The notes beneath the pieces are model-generated. The model worked only from the letters and a program-made list of their open reading frames with translations. It was not told where the DNA came from and ran no database searches. This document shows positions 52,023 to 61,771 of a stretch of 64,000 nucleotides of DNA, piece after piece (the stretch's first letter is position 1; each line of letters begins with the position of its first letter). Made by a program: the position numbers and the translations under genes. This DNA is from Candidatus Dormibacteria bacterium. GTDB taxonomy: Bacteria; Chloroflexota; Dormibacteria; Aeolococcales; Aeolococcaceae. The stretch is taken from contig JBEKXW010000002.1 of assembly GCA_049511615.1 (NCBI GenBank), positions 72,499-136,498 on the forward strand, written 5' to 3'.

Positions 52023-52493
52023 ATGACCAGCCCGGATGTCGCCGCCCTCGCCGAACTCCTCCGCCCCGCCCTGAGCCAGGCGGGGGTCGAGCTGGTGGAC
52101 GTCCAGTGGAGGGGGAGCGGGCCGGGAAGCCTGCTCCGCCTGGTGGTCGACCGCCCCGGCGGCGTGGGCGTCGACGACTGCGAGCGGGCGTCGATGACGG
52201 CGAGCGCCATCCTCGACGCCTACGACCCCATCGACACCCGCTACTCGCTCGAGGTCTCCTCGCCTGGCGCCGAGCGGCCGCTGCGCACCGACGAGGAGTG
52301 GCGGGCCGCGCTGGGCCGCCGCGTCCACCTGCGGCTGCGGAGCGGCGACTCGGAACGCGTGGTCGAGGGCCGGCTGATCGCCACCGGGGGCCCCACCCTG
52401 GAGCTCGAGGTGCGGATCGGGCGGGGCCGGCCCCAGCCGATGACCGTCGCCACGGCGGACATCCTCTCCGCGCGGACCACCGTCGACATCTAG
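52023..52493 (+). CDS. rimP: Ribosome maturation factor RimP
   Basis: LRLVVD.PGGV.VDDC, YSLEVSSPGAERPL. Confidence 0.93.
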   Translation: MTSPDVAALAELLRPALSQAGVELVDVQWRGSGPGSLLRLVVDRPGGVGVDDCERASMTASAILDAYDPIDTRYSLEVSSPGAERPLRTDEEWRAALGRRVHLRLRSGDSERVVEGRLIATGGPTLELEVRIGRGRPQPMTVATADILSARTTVDI

Positions 52494-52506
52494 GCTTCCC
52501 TCAGCC

Positions 52507-53556
52507 GTGCCCACCGGACCGCACCCCCGCCGCGCCACCCCGCCGGAGCCCCACCGGGCCCCCCGCCCCGGGGCCGCCCCGAGCCAGGACGGCGACATCC
52601 TGGAGGCGGTGGCCGAGCTGGCGGCGACCGCCGGGATCAGCGAGGAGGAGCTGACCGAGATCGTGGGCAGGGCGATCGTCGACACCTACCGCCGGCTGGT
52701 CGTCGACGATCCCGGGCTCACCGCCCGCGTCGACTTCCGCCGGGGCGTCCACGACGTGCTCCGCCCCGACCCGGCGGGAGGGGACACGGTGATGGCCCCG
52801 CTCAGCGGCGACGCCGCGCGCCAGGCGGCCCAGGCGGTCCGCGCCGCCGTCCTCGACCGGCTCCGCAACGCCGGTGCCGAGCGCGTCCTCAGCGAGGCGG
52901 CCACCCATCGCGGCGAGCTGATCGACGCGATCGTCGAGAGCTCGTCGGGAGGGAGCTGGTACCTGCGCTCGGGTGAGATGACCGTGGTGCTCCCCCCCGA
53001 GGAGCAGGCCGCCGGCGAGGAGCTGGCCCCGCGCCAGCACCTCAAGGTGGTCATCCTGGAGGGCCGGCGGCGTGCCCGGGAGGCGGTGGTGGTGGCGTCG
53101 CGGTCGCATCCGCAGCTGGTCCGGCTGCTGCTGGAGCAGGAGGTCCCCGAGCTGGGGCGCGGCCAGGTGACCATCCGGGCGATCGCCCGGGAGGCCGGGC
53201 GCCGCACCAAGGTGGCGGTGGAGGCGCTCGACCCCGACATCGACCCCCAGGGCGCCTGCATCGGTCCCCACGGCATCCGCCACCGCGCGGTCACCTCCCA
53301 GCTCGGCTCCGAGCAGCTCCAGGTCGTGCGCTTCGACCCCGAACCCGCCCAGTACGTCGCCAACGCGCTGATCCCGGCACCGGTGCTGAGCGTCGATCTC
53401 GACCAGGAGACCCGGACCGCCCACGTCACCGTGGACCCGGCCAAGCTCTCCCTGGCGATCGGGAGGGGTGGGGAGAACGCCCGCCTCGCCGCCCGGCTCA
53501 CCGGGTGGCGGATCGACATCGCCGCCGCGGAGGGGAGCGGCGAGGGAACGTCGTGA
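52507..53556 (+). CDS. nusA: Transcription termination/antitermination factor NusA
   Basis: S1 and KH domains: SRSHP, EVPE, AREAGRRTKVAV, GACIG..G.R, LSLAIGRGGENARLAARLTGWRIDI. Exact start uncertain. Confidence 0.92.
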   Translation: MPTGPHPRRATPPEPHRAPRPGAAPSQDGDILEAVAELAATAGISEEELTEIVGRAIVDTYRRLVVDDPGLTARVDFRRGVHDVLRPDPAGGDTVMAPLSGDAARQAAQAVRAAVLDRLRNAGAERVLSEAATHRGELIDAIVESSSGGSWYLRSGEMTVVLPPEEQAAGEELAPRQHLKVVILEGRRRAREAVVVASRSHPQLVRLLLEQEVPELGRGQVTIRAIAREAGRRTKVAVEALDPDIDPQGACIGPHGIRHRAVTSQLGSEQLQVVRFDPEPAQYVANALIPAPVLSVDLDQETRTAHVTVDPAKLSLAIGRGGENARLAARLTGWRIDIAAAEGSGEGTS

Positions 53557-53873
53557 CCCCGCCGGAGGGGGACGGCGACCCGGACCGCGTGGATCACGTC
53601 CCGCTTCGCACCTGCGTGGGCTGCCGGCGCCGGCGACCGCGGCCGGAACTGGTCCGGCTGGTCGCAGGGGCAGCGGGAGCGGTTATCCTGGATACCCCCG
53701 CCCGGGCGCCAGGACGCGGCGCCTATCTCTGCCGGGACTCCGGAGTGGCCTGCCTGCGGGCCGCCCAGAAGCGCCGCAGTCTGAGCCGGTCCCTGCGGGT
53801 GAGGGAGAATGACATCGACCCCGAGACGCTGGGCCGTCAGCTCAGCGAGCTCACCGAGGAGGAGCGACCATAG
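53553..53873 (+). CDS. ylxR: YlxR/RnpM (DUF448) family protein
   Basis: P.RTCVGCR......LVR.V, GRGAYLC; nusA-infB synteny. Confidence 0.88.
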   Translation: MTPPEGDGDPDRVDHVPLRTCVGCRRRRPRPELVRLVAGAAGAVILDTPARAPGRGAYLCRDSGVACLRAAQKRRSLSRSLRVRENDIDPETLGRQLSELTEEERP

Positions 53874-53878
53874 CCACG

Positions 53879-55663
53879 GTGAACAAGATCCGGCTGCCGG
53901 CCCGCCTCACGGTCAAGGAGCTGGCCGAGCGGCTCGGCGTGCCCGGCGCCCAGGTCATCACCTACCTGATGCAGAACGGGGTCACCGCCGCCCTCAACCA
54001 GCCGGTCGACTTCGACACGGCGGCGCTGGCCGCGGACCACTTCGGCTTCGACGCGGAGTCGGAGGAGGCCCTCGCCCAGGCGGCGGCGGCTCCGTCCGCG
54101 GCCGGTGAGACCCGGCGCCGGCACCCCCTCCTCGACCTCTCCGGGGAGGACCCGGCGAAGCTGGTCGCCCGCCCCCCGGTGGTCGCCGTGCTCGGCCACG
54201 TCGACCACGGCAAGACCTCGATCCTCGACCGGATCCGGACCACCAGCGTGGCGGCGGGCGAGGCGGGCGGCATCACCCAGCGGATCGGCGCCTACCAGGT
54301 GGAGCGCCAGGGCCGGCTGATCACCTTCATCGACACCCCGGGCCACGAGGCCTTCACCGCCATGCGCGCCCGCGGCGCCGACGTCACCGACATCGCGGTG
54401 CTGGTGGTGGCCGCCGACGACGGCGTGATGCCCCAGACCGACGAGGCCATCCACCACATCCGCAGCGCCGGGGTGCCGATGGTCGTCGCCGTCAACAAGG
54501 TGGACAAGGACGGGGCCAACCCCGATCGCGTCCTCCAGCAGCTGGCCGAGCACCAGGTGGTGCCCGAGAGCTACGGCGGCGACGTGCCGGTGGTGAACAC
54601 CAGCGCCACCACCGGTCAGGGGATCGAGGACCTCCTCGACACCATCCTGCTGGTCAGCGACGTGGTCAGCCCGCCCCGGGCCAACCCCAACCGGCTCGCG
54701 GTGGGCACCGTCATCGACTCCGAGCTGGAGCGGGGACGGGGCCCGGTGGCCACCGTGCTGGTCCAGAACGGCACCCTCCGCATCGGCGACAACGTGGTGG
54801 TGGGGCCCGTCTACGGCAAGGTCAGGGCGCTGACCGACGACACCGGGCGCCGGGTGAAGGAGGCGGGCCCGAGCAAGCCGGTGCAGATCACCGGCCTGAC
54901 CGACGTCGTCACCGCCGGGGACGTCCTCCAGGTGACCGAGACCGAGCGGGCCGCCCGCAGCCTGGCCGAGCAGCGCAGCACCGACCAGAGGGCGCGGGTC
55001 GCCCAGCCGGTCCGCCGGATCACCCTCTCCGACTTCGCCGCCGTGCAGGGCGAGACCAAGACCATGACCCTGGTGCTCAAGGCCGAGGCCAACGGGTCGC
55101 TGGAGGCGCTCCGCGGCCAGATCGTCAAGATCGAGGACCCCAACGTGAAGATCAAGATCGTCGGCGAGGGGGTCGGGGCGGTGGGGGAGTCGGACGTCAA
55201 CCTCGCCGCGGTCTCCGACGCCATCGTGATCGGCTTCAACGTGCGCCCCGATGAGCGCGCCAAGGCGGCCGCCGAGGAGCACGGGGTCGACATCCGCTTC
55301 TACGACGTCGTCTACCAGGTGACCGACGACATCGTGCGGTCGATCCGGGGCATGTACGAGCCCACCATGATCGAGGTCTACCAGGGCCGTGCCGAGGTCC
55401 GCCGGGTCTTCATGGTCGACGGCCGTCCCGCGATCGCCGGCTGCCAGGTGGTGGACGGCAGGATCACCCGTGCCGCGACCTGCACCGTGCGCCGCGACGG
55501 CAAGGAGGTCGCCCGGGCGAAGATCGACGCCCTCAAGCGGTTCCGCGACGACGTGCGCGAGGTGACCCGCGGCTACGAATGCGGGATCACCCTCGACGGC
55601 TTCGCCGACTTCGCCGAGGGCGACGTCATCGAAGCCCACGTCACCGAGCAGCAGAACCTCTGA
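53879..55663 (+). CDS. infB: Translation initiation factor IF-2 (short form)
   Basis: [43 protein letters not shown]. Possible ATA start at 53870. Confidence 0.97.
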   Translation: MNKIRLPARLTVKELAERLGVPGAQVITYLMQNGVTAALNQPVDFDTAALAADHFGFDAESEEALAQAAAAPSAAGETRRRHPLLDLSGEDPAKLVARPPVVAVLGHVDHGKTSILDRIRTTSVAAGEAGGITQRIGAYQVERQGRLITFIDTPGHEAFTAMRARGADVTDIAVLVVAADDGVMPQTDEAIHHIRSAGVPMVVAVNKVDKDGANPDRVLQQLAEHQVVPESYGGDVPVVNTSATTGQGIEDLLDTILLVSDVVSPPRANPNRLAVGTVIDSELERGRGPVATVLVQNGTLRIGDNVVVGPVYGKVRALTDDTGRRVKEAGPSKPVQITGLTDVVTAGDVLQVTETERAARSLAEQRSTDQRARVAQPVRRITLSDFAAVQGETKTMTLVLKAEANGSLEALRGQIVKIEDPNVKIKIVGEGVGAVGESDVNLAAVSDAIVIGFNVRPDERAKAAAEEHGVDIRFYDVVYQVTDDIVRSIRGMYEPTMIEVYQGRAEVRRVFMVDGRPAIAGCQVVDGRITRAATCTVRRDGKEVARAKIDALKRFRDDVREVTRGYECGITLDGFADFAEGDVIEAHVTEQQNL

Positions 55664-55676
55664 TCGTGCCGTGCTC

Positions 55677-56111
55677 ATGCCCCCTGCGAAGAATCGCGCC
55701 CGCCCACGCGTCCCCGGGGCGGCGGCCTTCCAGCCCGTGCTCAGCCCCTCGTCGCGGCCGCCGCGCGTGGAGCGGATCGCCGAGCAGCTCCGTCAGGAGC
55801 TCTCGTCGCTCATGGTCACCGAAATGAAGGATCCGCGGGTCCGGCTCGCCTCGGTCTCCCGGGTGCGGGTCGCGCCCGACCTGCGCTCCGCCACCGTGAT
55901 GATCTCGGCGGTGGGGGAGGAGCCCGAGCGCCACGCCGTGGTCGACGCCATGCGCCACGCCGAGGGCTATCTCCGCGCCGAGCTCGGCCGCCGCCTGGAG
56001 AATCTCAAGAGCCCGCCGCGGCTGCGATTCGAGCTCGACGAGTCGATCGCCTACTCGGTGCGGATCAGCAGCATGCTCCGTGAGCTCGACCACCACGAGG
56101 AGAGCCAGTGA
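55677..56111 (+). CDS. rbfA: Ribosome-binding factor A
   Basis: RVERIAEQLRQELS, KDPR, V.PDLRSA.V, P.LRFELDES. Confidence 0.92.
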   Translation: MPPAKNRARPRVPGAAAFQPVLSPSSRPPRVERIAEQLRQELSSLMVTEMKDPRVRLASVSRVRVAPDLRSATVMISAVGEEPERHAVVDAMRHAEGYLRAELGRRLENLKSPPRLRFELDESIAYSVRISSMLRELDHHEESQ

Positions 56112-57103
56112 CCGTGGCCGAGCTCCGCTTCCAGGGGGTCGAGGACGCCGCCAGCGACATCCGGCGCCTCATCGACGACGCCGCCGAGATCGGCTGCCTG
56201 ACCCACAAGGAAGCCGACGCCGACAGCCTCGGCTCGGCTCTCGCCTTCGCCGAGGCGCTCCGCGAGATGGGGAAGCACGTGCACACCGTCGTGCCCAGCC
56301 CGCTCCCCGAGGGGCTCCGGTATCTTCCCGGCTTCGACACCATCGTCGAGCCGCCGCCGGCGCTCGATCTGCTCTTCACCTTCGACTGCGCCACCCTGCA
56401 CCGCTTCGGGGACAGGGTCCATCTGGTCGAGAGCACCGCTCATGTGGTCAACGTGGACCATCACGCGAGCAACGACGGGTTCGGGGAGATCAACCTCGTC
56501 GACCCGAAGGCGAGCGCCACCGGCCAGGTCGTGTACCGGCTGCTCCGGGCCATGGGCTGCCCGGTGTCGGCCGAGACGGCCACCAACCTCTACGCCGCGT
56601 TGCTGACCGACACCGGCGGCTTCCGCCACGAGAACACCACCGAGGCCGCGCTCCGGCTCGGGGCCGACCTGGTCGGCCTGGGGGCGGACGCCGGCTGGGT
56701 GGCGCTCAAGAGCTACAAGTCGCGCAGCGTCCCCCAGCTCCGCCTCGAGGGCCTGGCCACCGCCCGGGCCCGGAGTGAGCAGGACGGCCGGCTGGTGTGG
56801 TCGGAGATCACCGCCGCGATGCTCGAGGAGACCGGGGCGACGATGCAGGAGGCCGAGGGGGTGATCGACCAGCTCCAGACGGTGGACGGCATGAAGATCG
56901 CCATCCTCTTCAAGCAGGCGGAGCCGGGCCTGACCAAGATCTCGGTCCGCAGCCGCGACGAGATCGACTCCACCGACATCTGTAAGCCGTTCCACGGCGG
57001 CGGCCACCGCCGGGCCGCCGGCGCCGAGCTGCGCGCGCCGCTCGAGATCGCCCGGGAGCGGGTCCTGGAGGTCGCTCGAGCCCAGCTGCGGCCGCGCACC
57101 TAG
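56108..57103 (+). CDS. nrnA: DHH/DHHA1 phosphoesterase (NrnA-like nanoRNase/pAp phosphatase)
   Basis: H..ADADSLGS, VDHH, LLTDTGGF, K.SVRS, GGGH.RAAG. Confidence 0.88.
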   Translation: MTVAELRFQGVEDAASDIRRLIDDAAEIGCLTHKEADADSLGSALAFAEALREMGKHVHTVVPSPLPEGLRYLPGFDTIVEPPPALDLLFTFDCATLHRFGDRVHLVESTAHVVNVDHHASNDGFGEINLVDPKASATGQVVYRLLRAMGCPVSAETATNLYAALLTDTGGFRHENTTEAALRLGADLVGLGADAGWVALKSYKSRSVPQLRLEGLATARARSEQDGRLVWSEITAAMLEETGATMQEAEGVIDQLQTVDGMKIAILFKQAEPGLTKISVRSRDEIDSTDICKPFHGGGHRRAAGAELRAPLEIARERVLEVARAQLRPRT

Positions 57104-57105
57104 CC

Positions 57106-58029
57106 ATGGCGGCAACCTCCCCGGCGCCTCCCCGGCGCGGGGTGCTGAGCGCCGTGCTGGCCCTGAACAAGCAGCCCGGGCAGACCTCCTTCGACTGCGT
57201 CCGGGAGGTGCGCCGGATCTACGGCGAGCGGCGGGTCGGCCATGCCGGCACCCTCGACCCGATGGCCCAGGGGCTGCTCCCGCTCTGCCTCGGCGGCGCC
57301 ACCCGGCTGATCGACCACTTCCACCAGCAGACCAAGCGCTACCGCTGCACGGTCCGGCTGGGGGAGCGCTCCGACACCCTGGACACCGAGGGCGTGGTCA
57401 CGGCGGGCGGTGATGCCGCCGGGCTGGACGCGGCCCGGGTCGCGGACGCCCTCCGCGGGTTCGTGGGCGAGATCTCGCAGGTGCCCCCGATGCACTCCGC
57501 GGTGCGCCACGGGGGCGAGCACCTCTACGAGCTGGCCCGGCGCGGCGAGGAGGTCGAGCGCCAGCCCCGCATCGCCCTGATCGTGAGCGCGGAGCTGGTG
57601 AGCTTCCGGCCCGGGCGGGTGGCCGAGGCCGACCTCGACGTCGAGTGCGGCAAGGGGGCCTTCATGCGCGTCCTGGCGAGCGATCTCGGCGACACCCTGG
57701 GGGTGGGCGGGCTGCTGAGCTGGCTGGAGCGGACCCGCTACGGACCGCTCGACCTCGCCGAGGCGCACACGGTGGAGGAGCTCCGCGAGCTGGAGGACCC
57801 GACCACGGCGCTTCTCCCTCCCGAGGTGGCGGTGAGCTTCCTCCCCGCGGTCTTCCTGGGACCGCCGGCGGTCACCCTGGTCCGCAACGGCCAGGCGGTC
57901 TTCCTGCCGCGGGTGGAGGGGGGGCTGCCCCAGGGCGAGATCCGGGCCCACGCGGCCACCGGCGAGCTGATCGCGGTGGGCGAGCTCACCGGCTTCCGCT
58001 TCCGGCCCACGAAGGTTCTGAGCAGCTGA
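57106..58029 (+). CDS. truB: tRNA pseudouridine(55) synthase
   Basis: NKQPG.TS, VGHAGTLDP.A.G.L, QVPPM.SA, LYELAR.G, CGKG...R.LA.D. Confidence 0.95.
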   Translation: MAATSPAPPRRGVLSAVLALNKQPGQTSFDCVREVRRIYGERRVGHAGTLDPMAQGLLPLCLGGATRLIDHFHQQTKRYRCTVRLGERSDTLDTEGVVTAGGDAAGLDAARVADALRGFVGEISQVPPMHSAVRHGGEHLYELARRGEEVERQPRIALIVSAELVSFRPGRVAEADLDVECGKGAFMRVLASDLGDTLGVGGLLSWLERTRYGPLDLAEAHTVEELRELEDPTTALLPPEVAVSFLPAVFLGPPAVTLVRNGQAVFLPRVEGGLPQGEIRAHAATGELIAVGELTGFRFRPTKVLSS

Positions 58030-58042
58030 GCGGAGCAGGCGG

Positions 58043-59050
58043 TTGACGCAGCGCCCAACTCGCCCCGAGAAGAATGAGCGCGCCGGCGCGGGAGCGCTGC
58101 CGGTGACCCTGGAGCACTCCCTCGGGGCCGGCCGCGGTCCGGCGCCGTCGCCCGTCGCCTGCACCATCGGGGTCTTCGACGGCGTCCACCGCGGCCACCA
58201 GCGGCTGCTCGCGGCCACCGTGGCGGCGGCCCGCCAGATCGGCGGGCTCGCCGTGGCGGTGACCTTCGAGCCCCATCCCCGTGCCGTCCTCGACCCCGCC
58301 AACGTCCCCCCCGAGCTGACCACCCTGGATGAGAAGCGGGAGCGGCTCACCGCCGCCGGGATCGACCGGGTGGTGGTGGTGAACTTCACCCGCGAGGTGA
58401 GCCAGTGGAGCGCCGAGCAATTCTGCGAGCGCCTGCTCGACCGCTTCGACCTCCGCCGCCTGGTGGTGGGCCCGGGCTTCGCCCTGGGGCGGGCCCGGCG
58501 CGGCGACATCGACTTCCTCCGCCGCTTCGGGGCCGGCCACGGCTTCACGGTGGAGACGGTGGGGGCGGTGTCCGAGGAGGGAGACCCGATCTCCTCGACC
58601 CGGATCCGCTCCGCGCTCGTCTCCGGCGACGTCGAGGAGGCCGCCCGGCTGCTCGGTCACCCCTATTTCCTGGACGGCACCGTGGAGCGGGGCAACCGGG
58701 TCGGCTGGAGGCTCGGCTTCCCCACCGCCAACCTCGGGGTCGAGCCCGGCAAGTGCCTGCCCGAGCTGGGCATCTACACCACCTGGATCCACGCCCGCGA
58801 GGCCTGGCGGCCGGCGGCGTCCAGCATCGGCTACCGGCCCACCTTCGGGGGTGACCGGCTCACCGTCGAGGCCCACCTGCTCGACTTCGACGCCGACCTC
58901 TACGGGGAGCGGGTGCGGCTGGCCTTCGTCCACCGGCTGCGGGAGGAGCGCTGGTACCCGGACGAGGCGGCGCTGATCGCCCAGATGCGCCTGGACGTCG
59001 CGGAGACGCGGCGGCGGCTGGAGACGGCGGCGGCGCCGGCGGAGCTGTAG
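58043..59050 (+). CDS. ribF: Bifunctional riboflavin kinase/FAD synthetase
   Basis: IGVFDGVHRGH, TFEPHP, ISSTRIR, LGFPTAN, G.RPTF, EAHLLDF. Start TTG 58043 or GTG 58103. Confidence 0.95.
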   Translation: MTQRPTRPEKNERAGAGALPVTLEHSLGAGRGPAPSPVACTIGVFDGVHRGHQRLLAATVAAARQIGGLAVAVTFEPHPRAVLDPANVPPELTTLDEKRERLTAAGIDRVVVVNFTREVSQWSAEQFCERLLDRFDLRRLVVGPGFALGRARRGDIDFLRRFGAGHGFTVETVGAVSEEGDPISSTRIRSALVSGDVEEAARLLGHPYFLDGTVERGNRVGWRLGFPTANLGVEPGKCLPELGIYTTWIHAREAWRPAASSIGYRPTFGGDRLTVEAHLLDFDADLYGERVRLAFVHRLREERWYPDEAALIAQMRLDVAETRRRLETAAAPAEL

Positions 59051-59121
59051 CGGCCGCCGCGGCGCGGCGTCTCACACCCGACGGCGGGCGCGGACGGTGC
59101 ATGGCCGTACCGGACCGACCG

Positions 59122-61578
59122 CTACGAGAGCACTGCCTCCACGACCACCCGCTCGGTGCCGAGAGAGGGAAGCGGCACCACGTCGCCCTCCACCGGCCGG
59201 CCGTCCACGCTCAGCGAGACGGTGTCTCCGGGTCCCTCGCGGCGGACGGTGATCTCGTACCAGGTCTCCCGGAAGCGGCGGCGCGCCGTGTAGCCGGGCC
59301 AGGCTGTCGGGATCTCCGGAGCCACCTGCAGGCCGCGGAAGGTCGGGCGGATCCCCAGGATCCACTGGGTGGCGGCGACGTAGGTCCAGGCCGCGGCCCC
59401 GGTCAGCCAGGCGTTACGGCCCATGCCGAACTGCGGGTGCGCCGGCCCGCAGATGTTCTGGCAGTACACGTAGGGCTCGACCGCGGCCAGCGCGACGTCC
59501 TGGCGGGCGAGCGGGAGGAGCTGACGGTAGTACTCGTAGGCACGGTCGCCGTCGCCCATCATCGCCGCCGCGACGATCGACCAGGCCGCGGCATGGCAGA
59601 AGATCCCGCCGTTCTCCTTGGCCCCGGGCGGGTAGGTCGCGGTCCCGTTGACCCGGGGCTCGGCACCGTCGTACGGGGGCCAGAGCAGGCTCAGCCCATA
59701 CGGGGTGTCGAGCAGGTCGTGCGCGGCCTTCATGGCCCGCTCGGCGCGCTCGGGCGGGGCCACCTCGCCAATCACGCACCAGCTCTGAGGGATCAGGTTG
59801 ATCCGCTGGCGCGCCTCGGTGGCGACCCCGATCGGCCGCCCCTCGTCGTCGAAGGCCCGCGCGTACCAGGCGCCGTCCCAGGCGCTGGCGTTGACCGCCT
59901 CGGCCATCTCCGCGTGGAGGGAGCGGAGGCGGGCGGCCTCCGCGGTCCGGTGCAGGTGGTCGCAGAGCGCGGCCAGGTCGAGGGTGGCGCGGCAGAACTG
60001 CATCCCGCACCACACGCTCTCGGCGAGGCCCGAGCCGTGGTCGACGTTCAGGGTGTCGTCCCAGTCGGCGTAGCCGGAGCGGGGCAGCCCGTGGGGCCCC
60101 CGGTGGGCGAGGGTGAAGTCGATCGCCGCCATCATGTGACCCCACACCGTGTCGTCGGGGTCGCCGTCCCCCGGGGAATCCCCGCTCGCACCGGCCGCGT
60201 CGGTGGAACGTCGGGTCGGCACCGGCTGGTATGGCACCGGCTGGTGGATCAGGTCGCACTCCCCGGTCTCGCGCAGGTGGGCGCAGGTGGCGCTGACCAG
60301 CCAGAGGGCGTCGTCGGAGAACCACTGGGGCCATGCCGGCCGCTCGGCGGCAAGTCCCGGGCCGCCCTCGCCGGTGAGGGGGAGGAGCTGGTGCCACGCG
60401 TGGCCGTCGGCGAACTGCAGGTGCCAGAGCTGCTGCAGGCGCTCGCGCGCCAGGTCGGGCTCGGCGTGCACCGCGCCCAGCGTGTCCTGGGCGCTGTCAC
60501 GGGTGCCGATCCCCCGTCCGAGGCCGGTCTCGTACCCGGAGACGAAGCGGGACCAATACAGGTTGGTGCGGCACTGAACCGGGTTCCAGAGGTTGAGCAT
60601 GGCGTCGCTCTCGGGATCGGGGGTGTGGACCGTGAAGCTGCCGAGGTAGGCGTCCCAGTCCGCGCGCAGGGCCGCGAAGGCGCGGCTCACCGCGGCGGGC
60701 TCGGACCAGCGCGCCAGCGTGGGCCCGATCGCCTCGGGCGCGTCGGTGATCCCCAGCGCGTAGAGGATGCGGGCGTCTCCACCGGGCTCGAGGGCCAGCT
60801 CGTGGCAGAGCGACCCGATGGCGTTGCCCCGCGGCGAGGCGGTGTCGGTGGGCGAGCCGGCGGCGACCACCGCGGGGTCCTCGAGCCCGTGGTGCCGGCC
60901 CACGAAGACCTCCCGGTCCGAGTCGAAGCCGAGCGGCGGGCGGTCGGTGGCGAAGAGGGTGGTGGTGGGTCCGGAGCGACTGGACACCAGCAGGGCCCTC
61001 AGCTCGGGGTCGAAGTGGGAGCTGACCACGTGGCCCGTCCAGTCCAGGTTGTGGAGGTCGCCGATGGCGTCGGGGAAGCTCAGCTCGACGTAGCTGAAGG
61101 TCCGCAGCACGAGCGGCCGGTCGCTGGTGTTGGTCAGCCGCAGCTCCCACAGCTCGACCGGGCAGGGGTCGTCCGGGCCGCCCGGGGGCACGAAGTAGAG
61201 GGTCTCCGCCCGGACCCCGCCGCGCTCGGTGGTGATCCGGGTGTACCCCGCCCCGTGCCGGCACTCGTAGCGGTCGAGAGCCGCCCGCACCGGCTGCCAG
61301 GTGGCGCCCCAGTACTCCCCCGTGTCCTGGCGGCGGAGGTAGACGTAACGCCCGGGCTGGTCGGCCGGGACCGCGTTGTAGCGGTAGCGGCTGACCCGGC
61401 GGCTGCGCGGGTCGCGGTCGAAGGAGAAGCCTCCACCGGTGTTGGAGACGATCCCGCCGTAGCGACCCTCACCGAGGTAGTTGATCCAGGGGGTGGGGGT
61501 GTCGGGCCGGGTGATGACGAACTCGGCCGCGCCGGCGTCGAAGTAGCCGTATTCGCTCTCCGCCAGCCGCCCGCTCAC
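59122..61578 (-). CDS. Glycoside phosphorylase, family GH94 (cellobiose/chitobiose phosphorylase-like)
   Basis: YGYFD, TPTPWINYLG, G.G.RDSAQD, ADWDDTL catalytic region, GAKENGGIFCHA, WLTGAAAW, ILGIRP; GAGGTGG RBS before the GTG. Confidence 0.9.
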   Translation of the reverse strand: MSGRLAESEYGYFDAGAAEFVITRPDTPTPWINYLGEGRYGGIVSNTGGGFSFDRDPRSRRVSRYRYNAVPADQPGRYVYLRRQDTGEYWGATWQPVRAALDRYECRHGAGYTRITTERGGVRAETLYFVPPGGPDDPCPVELWELRLTNTSDRPLVLRTFSYVELSFPDAIGDLHNLDWTGHVVSSHFDPELRALLVSSRSGPTTTLFATDRPPLGFDSDREVFVGRHHGLEDPAVVAAGSPTDTASPRGNAIGSLCHELALEPGGDARILYALGITDAPEAIGPTLARWSEPAAVSRAFAALRADWDAYLGSFTVHTPDPESDAMLNLWNPVQCRTNLYWSRFVSGYETGLGRGIGTRDSAQDTLGAVHAEPDLARERLQQLWHLQFADGHAWHQLLPLTGEGGPGLAAERPAWPQWFSDDALWLVSATCAHLRETGECDLIHQPVPYQPVPTRRSTDAAGASGDSPGDGDPDDTVWGHMMAAIDFTLAHRGPHGLPRSGYADWDDTLNVDHGSGLAESVWCGMQFCRATLDLAALCDHLHRTAEAARLRSLHAEMAEAVNASAWDGAWYARAFDDEGRPIGVATEARQRINLIPQSWCVIGEVAPPERAERAMKAAHDLLDTPYGLSLLWPPYDGAEPRVNGTATYPPGAKENGGIFCHAAAWSIVAAAMMGDGDRAYEYYRQLLPLARQDVALAAVEPYVYCQNICGPAHPQFGMGRNAWLTGAAAWTYVAATQWILGIRPTFRGLQVAPEIPTAWPGYTARRRFRETWYEITVRREGPGDTVSLSVDGRPVEGDVVPLPSLGTERVVVEAVLS

Positions 61579-61771
61579 CGATCCACCACCTCGACGCACC
61601 TGCTCCGCTCGGTCCCGCGGCGGCGACCATAGCACACGGCCGGCGCCGGCTCTGGACCGTCCGGCCCGCCACGCCCCACCCGTGGCCGGGCGGGGAGGAA
61701 TGCCACGGCTGCCGCCCGCGCGGCACAATGCCGCAGTCGCGTCCCGCCCAGCAGGAGATGATGCCCGCCTC

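Noticed and set aside
1546-61632. Many long antisense or alternate-frame ORFs (e.g. 1546..3507, 7827..9647, 21724..23943, 27888..30305, 33759..36365, 59101..61632)
   Set aside because: Shadow ORFs typical of very high GC DNA; they overlap well-supported genes and show no recognisable motifs.
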